Assembly: GCA_965217585.1 (NCBI GenBank)
Contig: OZ244561.1
Span: forward strand, 2,432,001-2,496,000
Direction of reading: 5' to 3'
Origin: Candidatus Latescibacterota bacterium
Lineage (GTDB): Bacteria; Latescibacterota; UBA2968; UBA8231
Length of the DNA: 64,000 nucleotides
In this document: piece by piece, positions 36,231 through 46,258 of the stretch
Layout of the letters: every line of letters starts with the position of its first letter
Numbering within the stretch: the first letter of the stretch is position 1
Translations under genes and position numbers: made by a program
Notes under the pieces: model-generated
The model's database searches: none
Told to the model about the DNA's origin: nothing
The model's input: the letters and a program-made list of their open reading frames with translations, nothing else

Positions 36231-37892
36231 ATGCAATTGACCGGCGGTGAAGCAGTCGTCCGCACTCTGGAAGCACAGGGCGTAGACACAGTTTTCGGGA
36301 TGCCGGGCGTCCACAATCTGGCCATATACGACGCCCTTCGGGATTCGGGTATCCGGCACATCGTCGCGCGGCACGAACAGGGTGCCGCCTTCATGGCCGA
36401 TGGGTACGCCCGCGCCACCGGCCGCGTCGGCGTCTGCCTCTGCACTTCCGGTCCAGCCCTGCTCAACACCGCCACGCCGCTGGGCACCGCCTACTGCGAC
36501 TCCTCGCCGGTGTTGTGCATCGCCAGTCAGATACCATCCTACGCCATTGGCAAGGAGAAGGGGTACATCCACGAGTGCCGAGATCAATTGGGCTGCGTGC
36601 GGCCGGTGACCGCATGGAGTGAGCGAGCGAATGCAGTGGCGTCAATTCCCGCGGTGCTGAATGAGGCGTTTGCCCGCATGAGAAACGGCCGGCCCCGGCC
36701 GGTAGTGGTTGAGATCCCGTGCGACGTACTCGACGGGAGGGACAACGCGAAATTCCCCCCCGTGGATGCCACCCAGCCGGCGGCAGCCGACGGATCCGCA
36801 ACTCAGCGGGAACAGATCGAACGGGCCGTCCGACTGTTGCGCCAGGCCCGGCGGCCCATCATCTGGGCCGGCGGCGGGGTGACTATCAGCGGTGGCAGCG
36901 ACCAAGTGCGGCAGTTGGCCGAACTCCTCGGCGCGCCGGTCTTGACCACGGTCCAGGGCAAGGGTTCGATTCCGGAGGACCACCCGCTGGCCTTGGGGAG
37001 CACACCCGTGCACCCGGCCGTCGTCGACTACTTGGCCAGCTGCGACGTCATGCTGGCGGTGGGCACTCGATTCACCGAAGAGGATACGCTCGAGTTCAGC
37101 ATCCAGGTACCGCCGACGATGATTCACGTGGAGATCGACCCAGAGGAGGTCGGTCGGAATTACGCACCAACGCTGGGAGTGATCGGCGACGCCCGCCACG
37201 TGCTCGGGCAGATGCTGTTGCACCTAGCCGACGATTCGACCCGGTCCAGTGATCGCGCCGAGGAGGTTGCCACCTTGCGGCAACGGATTCTACGAGACTG
37301 CCGAGATTTGGCACCGGCCGGCGTTGAGTTGGTGGAGACGCTGCGGCTGGCACTGCCGCGTCAAACCGTGGTCGTCAGCGACCTGGCGATCGGTGCTTAC
37401 TGGTGCCGCCGCTTGTTCGACGTGTACGAACCCCGCTCCTTCATCTATCCGTGGGGCTTTTGCACCCTCGGATTCGGTCTCCCGGCGGGTATCGGTGCCA
37501 AAGCGGCACGACCGGATCGGCCGGTGGTCGTGCTCACCGGCGACGGCGGCTTCATGTTCAACTGCCAAGAGCTGGCAGTATCCGCTCAGTTCCAGCTTCC
37601 CGTGATTGTGGTGTTGTTCAACAACCGGGGTTTCGGGGTCATGAGACCGCAGCAACAGGTCCGATACGGACGCACCCTCGCCGTCGACTTGGTGAATCCC
37701 GATTTCGCTCTGCTGGCTCGGGCCTTCGGGTTTGCAGCGCGGAGGGTCTCCGAGATCCCCGAATTGGGTCCGGCGGTGGCCGCCGCGGTGGAATCGGAAA
37801 CGACATGCCTGATCGAGGTGACGGCCGACCTGCCCCTGCAGGTAATGGAGCCGGCTATGCGGCGCATACACCTAGCGCTTACAGCCAATTGA
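36231..37892 (+). CDS. Thiamine pyrophosphate-binding enzyme (acetolactate synthase-like/decarboxylase)
   Basis: FGMPGVHN, RHEQGAAFMADGYAR, GDGGF...NN TPP motif, NPDF. Confidence 0.92.
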   Translation: MQLTGGEAVVRTLEAQGVDTVFGMPGVHNLAIYDALRDSGIRHIVARHEQGAAFMADGYARATGRVGVCLCTSGPALLNTATPLGTAYCDSSPVLCIASQIPSYAIGKEKGYIHECRDQLGCVRPVTAWSERANAVASIPAVLNEAFARMRNGRPRPVVVEIPCDVLDGRDNAKFPPVDATQPAAADGSATQREQIERAVRLLRQARRPIIWAGGGVTISGGSDQVRQLAELLGAPVLTTVQGKGSIPEDHPLALGSTPVHPAVVDYLASCDVMLAVGTRFTEEDTLEFSIQVPPTMIHVEIDPEEVGRNYAPTLGVIGDARHVLGQMLLHLADDSTRSSDRAEEVATLRQRILRDCRDLAPAGVELVETLRLALPRQTVVVSDLAIGAYWCRRLFDVYEPRSFIYPWGFCTLGFGLPAGIGAKAARPDRPVVVLTGDGGFMFNCQELAVSAQFQLPVIVVLFNNRGFGVMRPQQQVRYGRTLAVDLVNPDFALLARAFGFAARRVSEIPELGPAVAAAVESETTCLIEVTADLPLQVMEPAMRRIHLALTAN

Positions 37893-37934
37893 TTCTGGCT
37901 AGATCCCGTCAGATCAAGCGTTCAAAAGCTGGCC

Positions 37935-40193
37935 CTAACGGCTCCCGTCGGCACCGCGCAGCGCCTCGACGCGCCATGCGAACTCTTCCTTCAGATGGGA
38001 GTCGCTGCCCCCTCCCCGTTTGACGAACTGGATATAGCCGTCGCCATCGACGAACCAAGTCGTAGGCCAACCCTTGATGTCGGCCGTTTGCACATACCCG
38101 TCGTCCATTAATACGGTGAAATCGTATTCGTTCTCCGCCATGTACTTATCGACCTCGTCGCGCGACTTGTCGTTGCTGATGGAAATTACTTCCACTTCGG
38201 GATCCTCTAGATAGCGCGCGTGGAACTTCTGATACTCGGGTAGCTCTGCGACGCAGGGGCCACACCAGGTCCCCCAGAAGTGGATGACGCCGATCTTGCC
38301 ATCGAGCTCGGCGGAATCGACCTGCTCTCCGTCGAGCTTGGGGAGGGCGAACGGTTCGTAGGTGCGGGCCGTATCGAGCCGTGATTCCAAAATCCGTTGG
38401 CGTCTTTGGAGCCGTTCCCGCTCGTAAAACGCGGCGAGATACTCGTCGAGCCCTTCGCGCGAACCGTGCCGGCGCTCGTACAGCGCTTCTAGCGCCTCTT
38501 GGCTGGGATTTTTCCCCCAGCTTCTGGCCTCGAGGCCAGCGATGTAGGACTCCTCCGCCTTGTCGAGCCAGTTGCGGGCCGCCTCGGCTGCATCCTGAGC
38601 CTCGGTCTCTGTCCTCAAAACGATGGTCTTAGAATCCCGCCCTTGAAGAGCCGCCTCGGCCTCGGTCGCCATGTGCTCGAACACTTGGCCTAGGTGGTAG
38701 TGAGCACTGGTGTTGCTCTCCGAGAGCTCCAGCGCCTGCTCAAGCTCTTTGCGGCCTTCCTCGATGCGACCTGCTTTGTAGCTAGCCCATCCGATGGCGT
38801 CGTGGACGAGGCCCAAGTAGTAATTCAGGCTACCCTCTTCCCACTCCTCCTCTTCGGCTCTATCCATTATGGCTTGTATGCCGCCCCGAGCGAGTTCTGC
38901 CGCCTCCTCGGCGTATGGAGTGTGGTCGATCATCGAGATAAGGGCTATGGAGTACACTATGTGCGGATTGAGCCGCTCGTACTGGACCAATCCGCGAACC
39001 GCATCGGCGAGTTCCTCGGCCGGAATCGGGTTCATGGCGCTTAGGGTATAGAAGAGATCTAGGTACGCCCGCCCGCGGAAGCTATCGTGGTAGAGGGGTT
39101 TCTCTAAGAGCCGATAGACCGCGTCGCGGAAGAGGCGAAGCTGGTCTTGGTACTCCTGCGAGTCCTCGCCATGCTCGCGCTCAATGCGGTCAAGCTCGGA
39201 CTCTACGCGTTTGTATTCTTGCTGGTAAACCCACGACGCCTGTCTACTCTCGGGAGCCAGCGCTAGCACCTTCGCTTCGAACTCCGCCGCTTTCTCTTCG
39301 TCCTCTAGGAAGTAACTATAGACCGTGGCGAGCATGGTTAGGCCGTGTACAGCCTCCGGCACGGCCTTCTGGTACTCAGCGATGCCAGCCTCAATGGCGG
39401 GGCGTCGCTCCTCGGCGGGGAGCAGATCCGTCTCGTTGAGGATCTTCCAGTGCCAGTAGCGCACATCGGCGGAGCCCGGCGCGAGACGAACCGCCTCTTC
39501 GATCATAGAGAGCGCCTCCTGCGGCTTGCTGGACTCGTGCAGATATTCCGCGGCGCGACGGTAGCCGCTGACGTGGTCGGGCCAATGCTCGCGGAGCATG
39601 GCCAAGGTAGCGAGGCTGGTGTCCACATAGGCAGGATCCTCCCGCTCGTAACGTGCCCGGTACTCGAGTTCCGCGCGGGCATGGAGAACCTCGGGATGCT
39701 GAAGTGTCGCTGCATCCACTGAGTCCAGAAACGCCATCCCCTCTTCCGCGCTTAGATGCGTCTGAAGGTGCGTCGCGGCGAACTCCGGCCGGGGCAGCAG
39801 CTCCCAAGCGCGCAGGCTGGGCGCGACCGCCTCGGAATGCTTCCAGTCTGCCAGAAACGCGAGCGCCTGCGCATAGAACCCCCACGGGTTGTCCGGATCC
39901 CGTTCCAAGATCGCGTCGGCTTGCTCTTGGATCTCTCTGCGCCCGTAGATCTGCCCGTGCAACTGACGCGCGTAGAGCGCCCGCAACTCGGCGTCCTCAG
40001 GCGCGCGGTTTAACCATTCTTGGCCGAGTATGGCTCCCGCCTCGAACGACCACAGCCGATTGTGCTCGCGCAGCTCCGCTTTCGCCGCTTCCAGATCTTG
40101 GGGCGAGTAGCCCTGCTCGGTCCCGCAGCTAGCACAGACGACGAGAACGGCCAAGGAGCCAGAGATTAAACGGATTGGGAATTGATATGACAT
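37935..40193 (-). CDS. TPR-repeat lipoprotein with C-terminal TlpA/ResA thioredoxin domain
   Basis: ATG 40193 after GGAGG; lipobox CASC; TPR-like helices; FWGTWCGPC and WPTT cis-Pro motif. Confidence 0.85.
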   Translation of the reverse strand: MSYQFPIRLISGSLAVLVVCASCGTEQGYSPQDLEAAKAELREHNRLWSFEAGAILGQEWLNRAPEDAELRALYARQLHGQIYGRREIQEQADAILERDPDNPWGFYAQALAFLADWKHSEAVAPSLRAWELLPRPEFAATHLQTHLSAEEGMAFLDSVDAATLQHPEVLHARAELEYRARYEREDPAYVDTSLATLAMLREHWPDHVSGYRRAAEYLHESSKPQEALSMIEEAVRLAPGSADVRYWHWKILNETDLLPAEERRPAIEAGIAEYQKAVPEAVHGLTMLATVYSYFLEDEEKAAEFEAKVLALAPESRQASWVYQQEYKRVESELDRIEREHGEDSQEYQDQLRLFRDAVYRLLEKPLYHDSFRGRAYLDLFYTLSAMNPIPAEELADAVRGLVQYERLNPHIVYSIALISMIDHTPYAEEAAELARGGIQAIMDRAEEEEWEEGSLNYYLGLVHDAIGWASYKAGRIEEGRKELEQALELSESNTSAHYHLGQVFEHMATEAEAALQGRDSKTIVLRTETEAQDAAEAARNWLDKAEESYIAGLEARSWGKNPSQEALEALYERRHGSREGLDEYLAAFYERERLQRRQRILESRLDTARTYEPFALPKLDGEQVDSAELDGKIGVIHFWGTWCGPCVAELPEYQKFHARYLEDPEVEVISISNDKSRDEVDKYMAENEYDFTVLMDDGYVQTADIKGWPTTWFVDGDGYIQFVKRGGGSDSHLKEEFAWRVEALRGADGSR

Positions 40194-40244
40194 AGGAACC
40201 CTCCCAGTGACGGAATTACCGATCCTCCCCTTCACAGACCATTT

Positions 40245-41339
40245 TCACGGTGCAGACCCCGTTTGCAAAAACGCATTTAAGGTATTCAAGTCCATGCCCT
40301 CAATGCCCAGTTCGCGCACACTCCGCCCCGTGGCCCACCCATCAGCCCCCATCACCACGGACCCGATATCCACCAACCCGCGCATCAAAGGCGCGTCCAC
40401 GCCGTATTGCGCGCCCACATCGTGCCAAGTTGAAAGACCGTATGGAATATCCTCGCTGAGCCAACGGCTCTCGAGCGACCCGGGAGCTTTGAGTTGCGTG
40501 AGCATTAGGCTGCCATTAATCGTTGCCCACAAATCCCCCCGAGGGCCAAAACCCGCGCGGTAAAACGCTTCATCGGCCGCTACGAGATCGTAACCTAAAG
40601 CTGTTGCGATGGCCCTCCGCTCTGCATCCACGGCCATGATCGTCTCTGCCACCGATGGGGATACCCCTTCTTCGTAGAAATAGAACTCACCGTGCGAATA
40701 TTCGATTCGTCCTGCGTTCATCAACACACCCGCAGGATGCACGACCGGATTCATCGCGGACAAACCACAGGCCATCACGGTGGGATAGGTCTGAATGCCC
40801 GGGAACAGCGACGACAGACGAGCGCGCACGCGATCTGTTTCTGTCGCTGGCAACCCCCCCAAGCCCAAGCCCGTCACGGCACCCCAAATCGTCGCGGTAT
40901 CCGGCGCTGTTTTCCGACACACATAAGGCGCGGTATCCACCTCCGCAAGCACGATGTCTGCTACTCCTTGGTCGCGCAATAGCGTCGCCCATTCCAATGT
41001 GCCCAATGTGCCCGGCATCAGCACGACCATGTGTTCGGGTCTGAGATGGGGGGCGCAGGCAATGGCAAATGGCTTGTGGGCATACGCCGGCACGATTAAC
41101 AGGATCAAGTCAGACGCATTCAGAGCCACTTCAATATCCGTGGTCGTGCAGTGAATTTTTGCGGCCCCCGCCTCTTCGACCCCCACCAAATGAATCACGC
41201 CTTGGTCGCGCACCGGATCGAGCGTGTGCCCAAATTCTGGCAATTCGCAAAGCGTAATATCAAAACCTTTCAGGGTCAGATTTGCAGCCGTGGCAAATGC
41301 CGTATTGCCGCCACCGAGAATGGTAATGTGTTCGGACAT
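40245..41339 (-). CDS. NAD/NADP octopine/nopaline (opine) dehydrogenase family
   Basis: ILGGGN, VPAYAH, NPVVHP, FYEEG, RWLSEDIPYGL. Confidence 0.9.
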   Translation of the reverse strand: MSEHITILGGGNTAFATAANLTLKGFDITLCELPEFGHTLDPVRDQGVIHLVGVEEAGAAKIHCTTTDIEVALNASDLILLIVPAYAHKPFAIACAPHLRPEHMVVLMPGTLGTLEWATLLRDQGVADIVLAEVDTAPYVCRKTAPDTATIWGAVTGLGLGGLPATETDRVRARLSSLFPGIQTYPTVMACGLSAMNPVVHPAGVLMNAGRIEYSHGEFYFYEEGVSPSVAETIMAVDAERRAIATALGYDLVAADEAFYRAGFGPRGDLWATINGSLMLTQLKAPGSLESRWLSEDIPYGLSTWHDVGAQYGVDAPLMRGLVDIGSVVMGADGWATGRSVRELGIEGMDLNTLNAFLQTGSAP

Positions 41340-41454
41340 GGAAGTATCCTTTTTTCTTTTGCCTTAGACGACGTTCTCTGGCGACCGCCAGCAGGTTCCT
41401 GAGTCCATCGCCCTACGCATTATTTAGCACGGCTTTTGGCTTGTGATCGGGCGC

Positions 41455-42897
41455 TCAATAGAGGTTGTCTTTTGTCGTAATGGAGCACCAGCGCGAGTTG
41501 AACAGTGCGCGCAGCAAAATATCCAGTGCGTCGGGCGTGTCAATTTGTTTTAACCCATAAGCGGCGTAAAATCGGTTGTAGCGGTTGTCGTCCTCGAGCA
41601 TCTCGCGCAATGCCTCAAGCGCAATACAACCCGCTTCGCCGGACTTGGCCAAGGTTAGCGCGGCGTTGCGGCGCACGCGGTAGTCCTCATCGCCAAGTGC
41701 GTCTGTCAGGTCTGCAATCAGCTCAGCAGAAAAAACGCCGATGGCGCTCAAAGCCTCAAGCGCATTGCGGCGCACCCACCAGTGGCGATCGCTCATCGCC
41801 TTTCTCAGGGCGGGTTCTGCCTCCATTGCGCTCGCGCCCAAGCGTCCCAACACATGGGCGGCGACCGCTCGCACCCACCAGTGCTCATCGGACAACATCC
41901 CCGCCAAAGCCCCTGCGGCCGGTTCGCCTATCGACGCCAATGCCAGCGCCGCACAACCACTCGTGGGATTGGTTCCGTGGGCATTGTCCGGCGTCTTGGC
42001 CTCGGTCTCTGCGATCGTGGCCAGTGCTTCCTCCCGCATGGCGGCGACGAGTTCAGGCACGGCCGGCGCGCCAAACTCGGCTAGCCCATACGCCGCATCC
42101 AAGCGCTCGCACTCCGATCCGCGCTTTAAGACCGAGAGCAAGTTTTTCAGATCGCCTTTTGGGGGCTGCTGTTTTTTCTTGGGCTTTCCGCACAACCAGT
42201 ACCAGACATCTCGCGATATGGCCGGATGCCGATCCTCCATGCCGGGCGACCACGCACGACTTTGATGATCCCAAGTCGGTTTCTCTGGCTCCCGTGTACG
42301 CGCAAACTGAAATTTCAGCATATACCGATTTTTAGTACTGACATTCTCTGTTGCGCGATGCCAAGAATCAAAGTGAACAAGCGCCACCGTCCCCGCAGGA
42401 CCGCAGAATGCCCGCGCTTCTTCCTGCGTTTGCTCAGGATCCACAGCGCTAATGGTTTTGTACATCTGCATCCCGGGCAACACGCCCGAAGGCCCCATAT
42501 CCTCTGTCGTATCTTGCGGAAAGTAAAAAGCGAGCACCCAATAAAATCTCGGATGCCGCAAATTGTGATCGTACACATAACAATCCTTGTGCCATTGCTG
42601 TCCGCTGCGCCCGGGCGGATTCAAGTGGCAATGTCGATGGGGGTTCAAAATGTAATCTGGCCCCAATAAACTGGTCAGGGCGCCCTGCACATTGGGGTGC
42701 TCAAACACGCGTCCGATCTGCGGAACCCGAGGCAAAATGTTATTTCCGGGATTGCCTTCTTCCGCAAAAACCGCCTCAATCTGATCGCGAATACCGGCGT
42801 GAAATGAGGGTGGATAATCCGCCTGCACAGTCAGACATCCATCCACGATAAATCGCTGCACCTCTTCGTCGCTCAACAACTGAATTGAATCCGCCAT
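41455..42897 (-). CDS. PhyH-like dioxygenase fused to HEAT/PBS-lyase repeats
   Basis: WHKD, MGPS..PG, WHRA, RYMLK; C-terminal repeats L.D..WWVR..A...L..IG. Confidence 0.87.
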   Translation of the reverse strand: MADSIQLLSDEEVQRFIVDGCLTVQADYPPSFHAGIRDQIEAVFAEEGNPGNNILPRVPQIGRVFEHPNVQGALTSLLGPDYILNPHRHCHLNPPGRSGQQWHKDCYVYDHNLRHPRFYWVLAFYFPQDTTEDMGPSGVLPGMQMYKTISAVDPEQTQEEARAFCGPAGTVALVHFDSWHRATENVSTKNRYMLKFQFARTREPEKPTWDHQSRAWSPGMEDRHPAISRDVWYWLCGKPKKKQQPPKGDLKNLLSVLKRGSECERLDAAYGLAEFGAPAVPELVAAMREEALATIAETEAKTPDNAHGTNPTSGCAALALASIGEPAAGALAGMLSDEHWWVRAVAAHVLGRLGASAMEAEPALRKAMSDRHWWVRRNALEALSAIGVFSAELIADLTDALGDEDYRVRRNAALTLAKSGEAGCIALEALREMLEDDNRYNRFYAAYGLKQIDTPDALDILLRALFNSRWCSITTKDNLY

Positions 42898-42930
42898 AGG
42901 AAACTCCTCCGCTAAAAATTTCTACGATCG

Positions 42931-43707
42931 TCAATCGACCAAACCCCAGAGACGCTGCCGCGCCTCGGGCCAGTCCGGCCAGTCCGGATGCAGGTGCTTC
43001 AGCGCCGCCAAGTCGCGCTTGCGGCCGCCCGGCGGGAAGTAATTCCATCCCATGGCGCGTCGCGGGCCAGCGGCCGTCTTCACCCCGGTAGCGTGCCAGC
43101 ACGAGGGCGTCCACACCAAAGTCCACCGAGGGTCGAGGACGACCTCGACTTCGCTAGGATGACGGGCGAAGCAGTGCGTCGGCACCTCGTCGTGGGTGCC
43201 GGTGGCCAGTTCGAGCTGTAGCAATTCAGCCGCCACCTCCTCGCGGGAACGGTGCTGACTGCCGGGCAGCACCCGCAGCGGTGCATTGCTGGCGTCGTGG
43301 CGGTCGAGGGCGGTGCGGAAGGAGACCTGCTTCACCTCCGGCCCGCCGTCCACGTGCCAGTGGACCTGCCGCTGCGGTCGGCCGTCGGCGCTGACAATCT
43401 TCGAGGCATCTCCGATGCCGCAGGCACCCACGTGTACCTCTTCGGCACCTAATATCCGCCGCGCCGCTTCGACCAACTCAGGGTGCTCCACCATCTGCAG
43501 CAGCGGCTCGCCGATCATCAGGAACTGGCAGGCCAGCCGATTGCAGCCCTCGGGGAACTCGGTGCGCCCCCACTCCGGCTCCACCTCTTGTTGCCGGAAG
43601 TCAATCTGGCGCATCCCCTCGACACCGAGGGGGTTGGGTATCAGGAAGAACCCAGTGCGCTCGAAGTGGACGAGTTGCTCGTCGGTGATGTCGAGAGAAC
43701 CGCCCAT
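42931..43707 (-). CDS. PhyH-family dioxygenase
   Basis: ATG 43707 overlaps the upstream stop (TGATG). FERTGF, WHVD, LRVLPGS, CWHAT, RR. Confidence 0.82.
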   Translation of the reverse strand: MGGSLDITDEQLVHFERTGFFLIPNPLGVEGMRQIDFRQQEVEPEWGRTEFPEGCNRLACQFLMIGEPLLQMVEHPELVEAARRILGAEEVHVGACGIGDASKIVSADGRPQRQVHWHVDGGPEVKQVSFRTALDRHDASNAPLRVLPGSQHRSREEVAAELLQLELATGTHDEVPTHCFARHPSEVEVVLDPRWTLVWTPSCWHATGVKTAAGPRRAMGWNYFPPGGRKRDLAALKHLHPDWPDWPEARQRLWGLVD

Positions 43708-44561
43708 CAGGCACTCCCCACTGCACTTTCTTGTTGGACGATGCTTTTGATTTTTTGGAAGGGTGCCACTTCGATCAACTCGAGGGTTTCGGGCGAGAGG
43801 CGCACCTTCACGCCCTCGGGCAAGGGGTTGGAAGCGGGAATGTGCTGGCTGCAATAGCGCAGGGTCAAAAAGCGGCGCTGGCGGTCTTTGGGCTGCCAAG
43901 AAAGGGCACCGTGGACGACCAGCTCGGAAATGACGACCACATCCCCGGCCTTGGGGTTGAAATTGGCCACACCCTCGGGGACTTCGGTGGAGTTGTAGTC
44001 GTCGTTATACGTGCCATCCTTGTAACTGCCCGGATAAAACATCTCCTGCGGGCGAGGGAAATTGGCCTTGTGCGAGCCAGGTAGGACAATGAGGCCGCCG
44101 TCGCCCGGATGCACATCCGTGAGGTAAAAGAAAAAGACCAAGTCATTGCAGGAAATGCGGCCGTTGTGAATTTGGTAGCGACGCCAGCCCGGCACTTCCG
44201 CCCGCAGTGAACCCTCGTGGCCCGAGTGCAGGGGGTGGAAGGGTTTGCCGTGGAAATCGACCATCATATTGCCGCCGCCGAGCCGCGGCCGATCATCGAG
44301 CAATTCTTTGACGATCGGCCAAGTCTCCGGGTGCATGGTCAGGGCTTCGAGGGCCTTGTCAAAGGCAAAGGCGTGCAAATACCAGTTGAAGTGCTCGCGC
44401 TCCAGATTGATCTCAAAGCCGTCGGGCACCTGATCGGGCGGGGTGTCGATATAGCGCTGAGCTGCCTCTTGGGCCTTTTGCAAGGCTGCGCCTTGGAGCA
44501 CGCCTTCAAGGTGCAGATAGCCGGTCAAATCGAAGAAGTAGCGCTGTTCGGGGGTCATCAT
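43707..44561 (-). CDS. PhyH-family Fe/2OG enzyme with HxG (LHSG) in place of HxD
   Basis: YFFDLTGYL, LHSG, LTDV.PGDGG..LPGSHKANF, VHG, RR.L.LRY. Confidence 0.85.
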   Translation of the reverse strand: MMTPEQRYFFDLTGYLHLEGVLQGAALQKAQEAAQRYIDTPPDQVPDGFEINLEREHFNWYLHAFAFDKALEALTMHPETWPIVKELLDDRPRLGGGNMMVDFHGKPFHPLHSGHEGSLRAEVPGWRRYQIHNGRISCNDLVFFFYLTDVHPGDGGLIVLPGSHKANFPRPQEMFYPGSYKDGTYNDDYNSTEVPEGVANFNPKAGDVVVISELVVHGALSWQPKDRQRRFLTLRYCSQHIPASNPLPEGVKVRLSPETLELIEVAPFQKIKSIVQQESAVGSA

Positions 44562-44648
44562 CGGCGGGCCTTTGCTAAGCGCATGGCGGGCATTAGATTG
44601 TGCCGGCGCAAGGTAGTGAATCTGCTCTTGCCTTTCAAGGAGGAAAAC

Positions 44649-45302
44649 ATGGGATTTGAAGTTTACGATTGTCGCCGGGATATCCGCAATATTCTGGTGC
44701 GGCCGCAGATCCGCGCCCGCTTCTGCCGCCTAGAGCCAGGCACAGGCTCGCTCGACGCTTGGCACACGCATGATCTAGGCGACGAGATCTTCATCATTTT
44801 GGCGGGTCGGGTGGAGTTCAAAATCAACGGCGAGGTGAAAGAAATTGGACCGGGGCAAATGTGCTACGCCCGAACCGACGAGCCGCACTCGGTGCGAGTC
44901 ATCGGCGACGAGCCGGTCTATATGTACCTCTCGGTGACGCCGCACATCCAGCCGACGCATACGTTCTACGACGAAAAGGGCGAGCGTCAGCGGCCCCACT
45001 TCAGGCCGTCGAGCGATTACAATACCGAGACGGATTCGACCACGCCGGTGGCCGAGTTGATCGACAGCCACATCGATGCAGTGCGCGCCCTAGCGGCCCA
45101 AGCACAGGAGAGCGCACAAATCCAAGAGGAGCAAGGCCGCGAACTCAAGCAGGCCCTAATGGCCGGCGATATGGAAGCGGCCAGCCGCGTGCGCGAGGCC
45201 ATGTGGGCACCGCTTCTACAGCTTTTTAAGCAGACGAGCGCAGTGGCGGACGGCTGGAACGGACTGGCACCCCGGGCGGGGTCTGTCGATGCGGTATACT
45301 GA
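44649..45302 (+). CDS. Cupin domain protein with C-terminal helical extension
   Basis: ATG 44649 after GGAGG; WHTHDLGDEIF and EPHSV cupin motifs. Confidence 0.85.
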   Translation: MGFEVYDCRRDIRNILVRPQIRARFCRLEPGTGSLDAWHTHDLGDEIFIILAGRVEFKINGEVKEIGPGQMCYARTDEPHSVRVIGDEPVYMYLSVTPHIQPTHTFYDEKGERQRPHFRPSSDYNTETDSTTPVAELIDSHIDAVRALAAQAQESAQIQEEQGRELKQALMAGDMEAASRVREAMWAPLLQLFKQTSAVADGWNGLAPRAGSVDAVY

Positions 45303-45311
45303 GACGCCTCG

Positions 45312-46184
45312 ATGCTGAAGCCAAGGCCAAAACCCCCATCTGATGCTCTTGTATCCATCCACGGTGGACATAGCAAAGAATTCGGCGACGCAAATGATTC
45401 CTCGCTTGAGGAGATCATCTGCGCTTACGTTTCTAAGGGCTTTAAATGGGTAGGAGTGACTGAACATATCCCTCCCGTTTCAGCAGATTTTCTGTTTCCT
45501 TGGGACGCTGAGGAAGGACACACAGTGCAGTCAATGCTCAGACGATTCGAAAACTATTTCTCCGTCGCCCGCAAGCTGCAAGAGAAGTATCGCGATTCCA
45601 TTCGGATTTTAGTTGGGTTCGAAACAGAGAGCTACACGGGCTATGTAGCGCACGTAAACAATCTGCGGGATCGATTTCAACCTGACTACATCGTAGGCTC
45701 GGTTCATCACGTGAAAGACATCTGTATCGATGGTCCGCCAGCATGGTATGCCCAGGCCATTGAGGAGGTCGGAGGAATCGATGCGCTTTTCTGTGCGTAC
45801 TTCGACCAACAGTACGAGCTACTAGAGCAACTCGAACCCGAGGTGGTCGGACATTTTGATCTAATTCGAATGCACGACACGGACTATCGTCAGCGCTTAG
45901 AAACCCCAAAAATCAAGGAGAGAATCCGAAGAAATCTTGAGAAGATCAAGGATCTTGGATCGATTTTAGATTTCAATCTCAGAGCCTTCGAAAAGGGGGG
46001 ATCTGAACCCTATGTATCCAGATCTATTTTGGCAATGGCGCTGGATCTTGGAGTCCCCTGCGTCCCGGGAGATGATTCACATGGCGTCGCGGGAGTTGGA
46101 TTGAATCTCGAAAAAGGGATCGCAATACTAAAGCAGTCTGGTTTCAGCACGGATTGGCAGATGCCTAGGAGATACGGCACATAA
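45312..46184 (+). CDS. hisJ: Histidinol-phosphatase, PHP (HisJ) family
   Basis: SIHGGHS, TEH, GFETE, GSVHH, GHFD, GDDSH. Confidence 0.8.
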   Translation: MLKPRPKPPSDALVSIHGGHSKEFGDANDSSLEEIICAYVSKGFKWVGVTEHIPPVSADFLFPWDAEEGHTVQSMLRRFENYFSVARKLQEKYRDSIRILVGFETESYTGYVAHVNNLRDRFQPDYIVGSVHHVKDICIDGPPAWYAQAIEEVGGIDALFCAYFDQQYELLEQLEPEVVGHFDLIRMHDTDYRQRLETPKIKERIRRNLEKIKDLGSILDFNLRAFEKGGSEPYVSRSILAMALDLGVPCVPGDDSHGVAGVGLNLEKGIAILKQSGFSTDWQMPRRYGT

Positions 46185-46258
46185 CATAATCGAGCGCGGG
46201 GCTCACGTCGTTGCGATCGACGCGAGTTCTGAATTTGCTTTCGGGCCAAGAAGATGGC

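Noticed and set aside
36231-37892. ilvB acetolactate synthase
   Set aside because: No small subunit or ilv context; it resembles catabolic TPP enzymes.
42931-45302. ORF-track N-terminal extensions (starts 43899 and 44217; also 3435, 12640, 40235, 53845, 57129)
   Set aside because: They overlap neighbouring genes or lack an RBS. Downstream starts with an RBS or stop-start coupling fit better.
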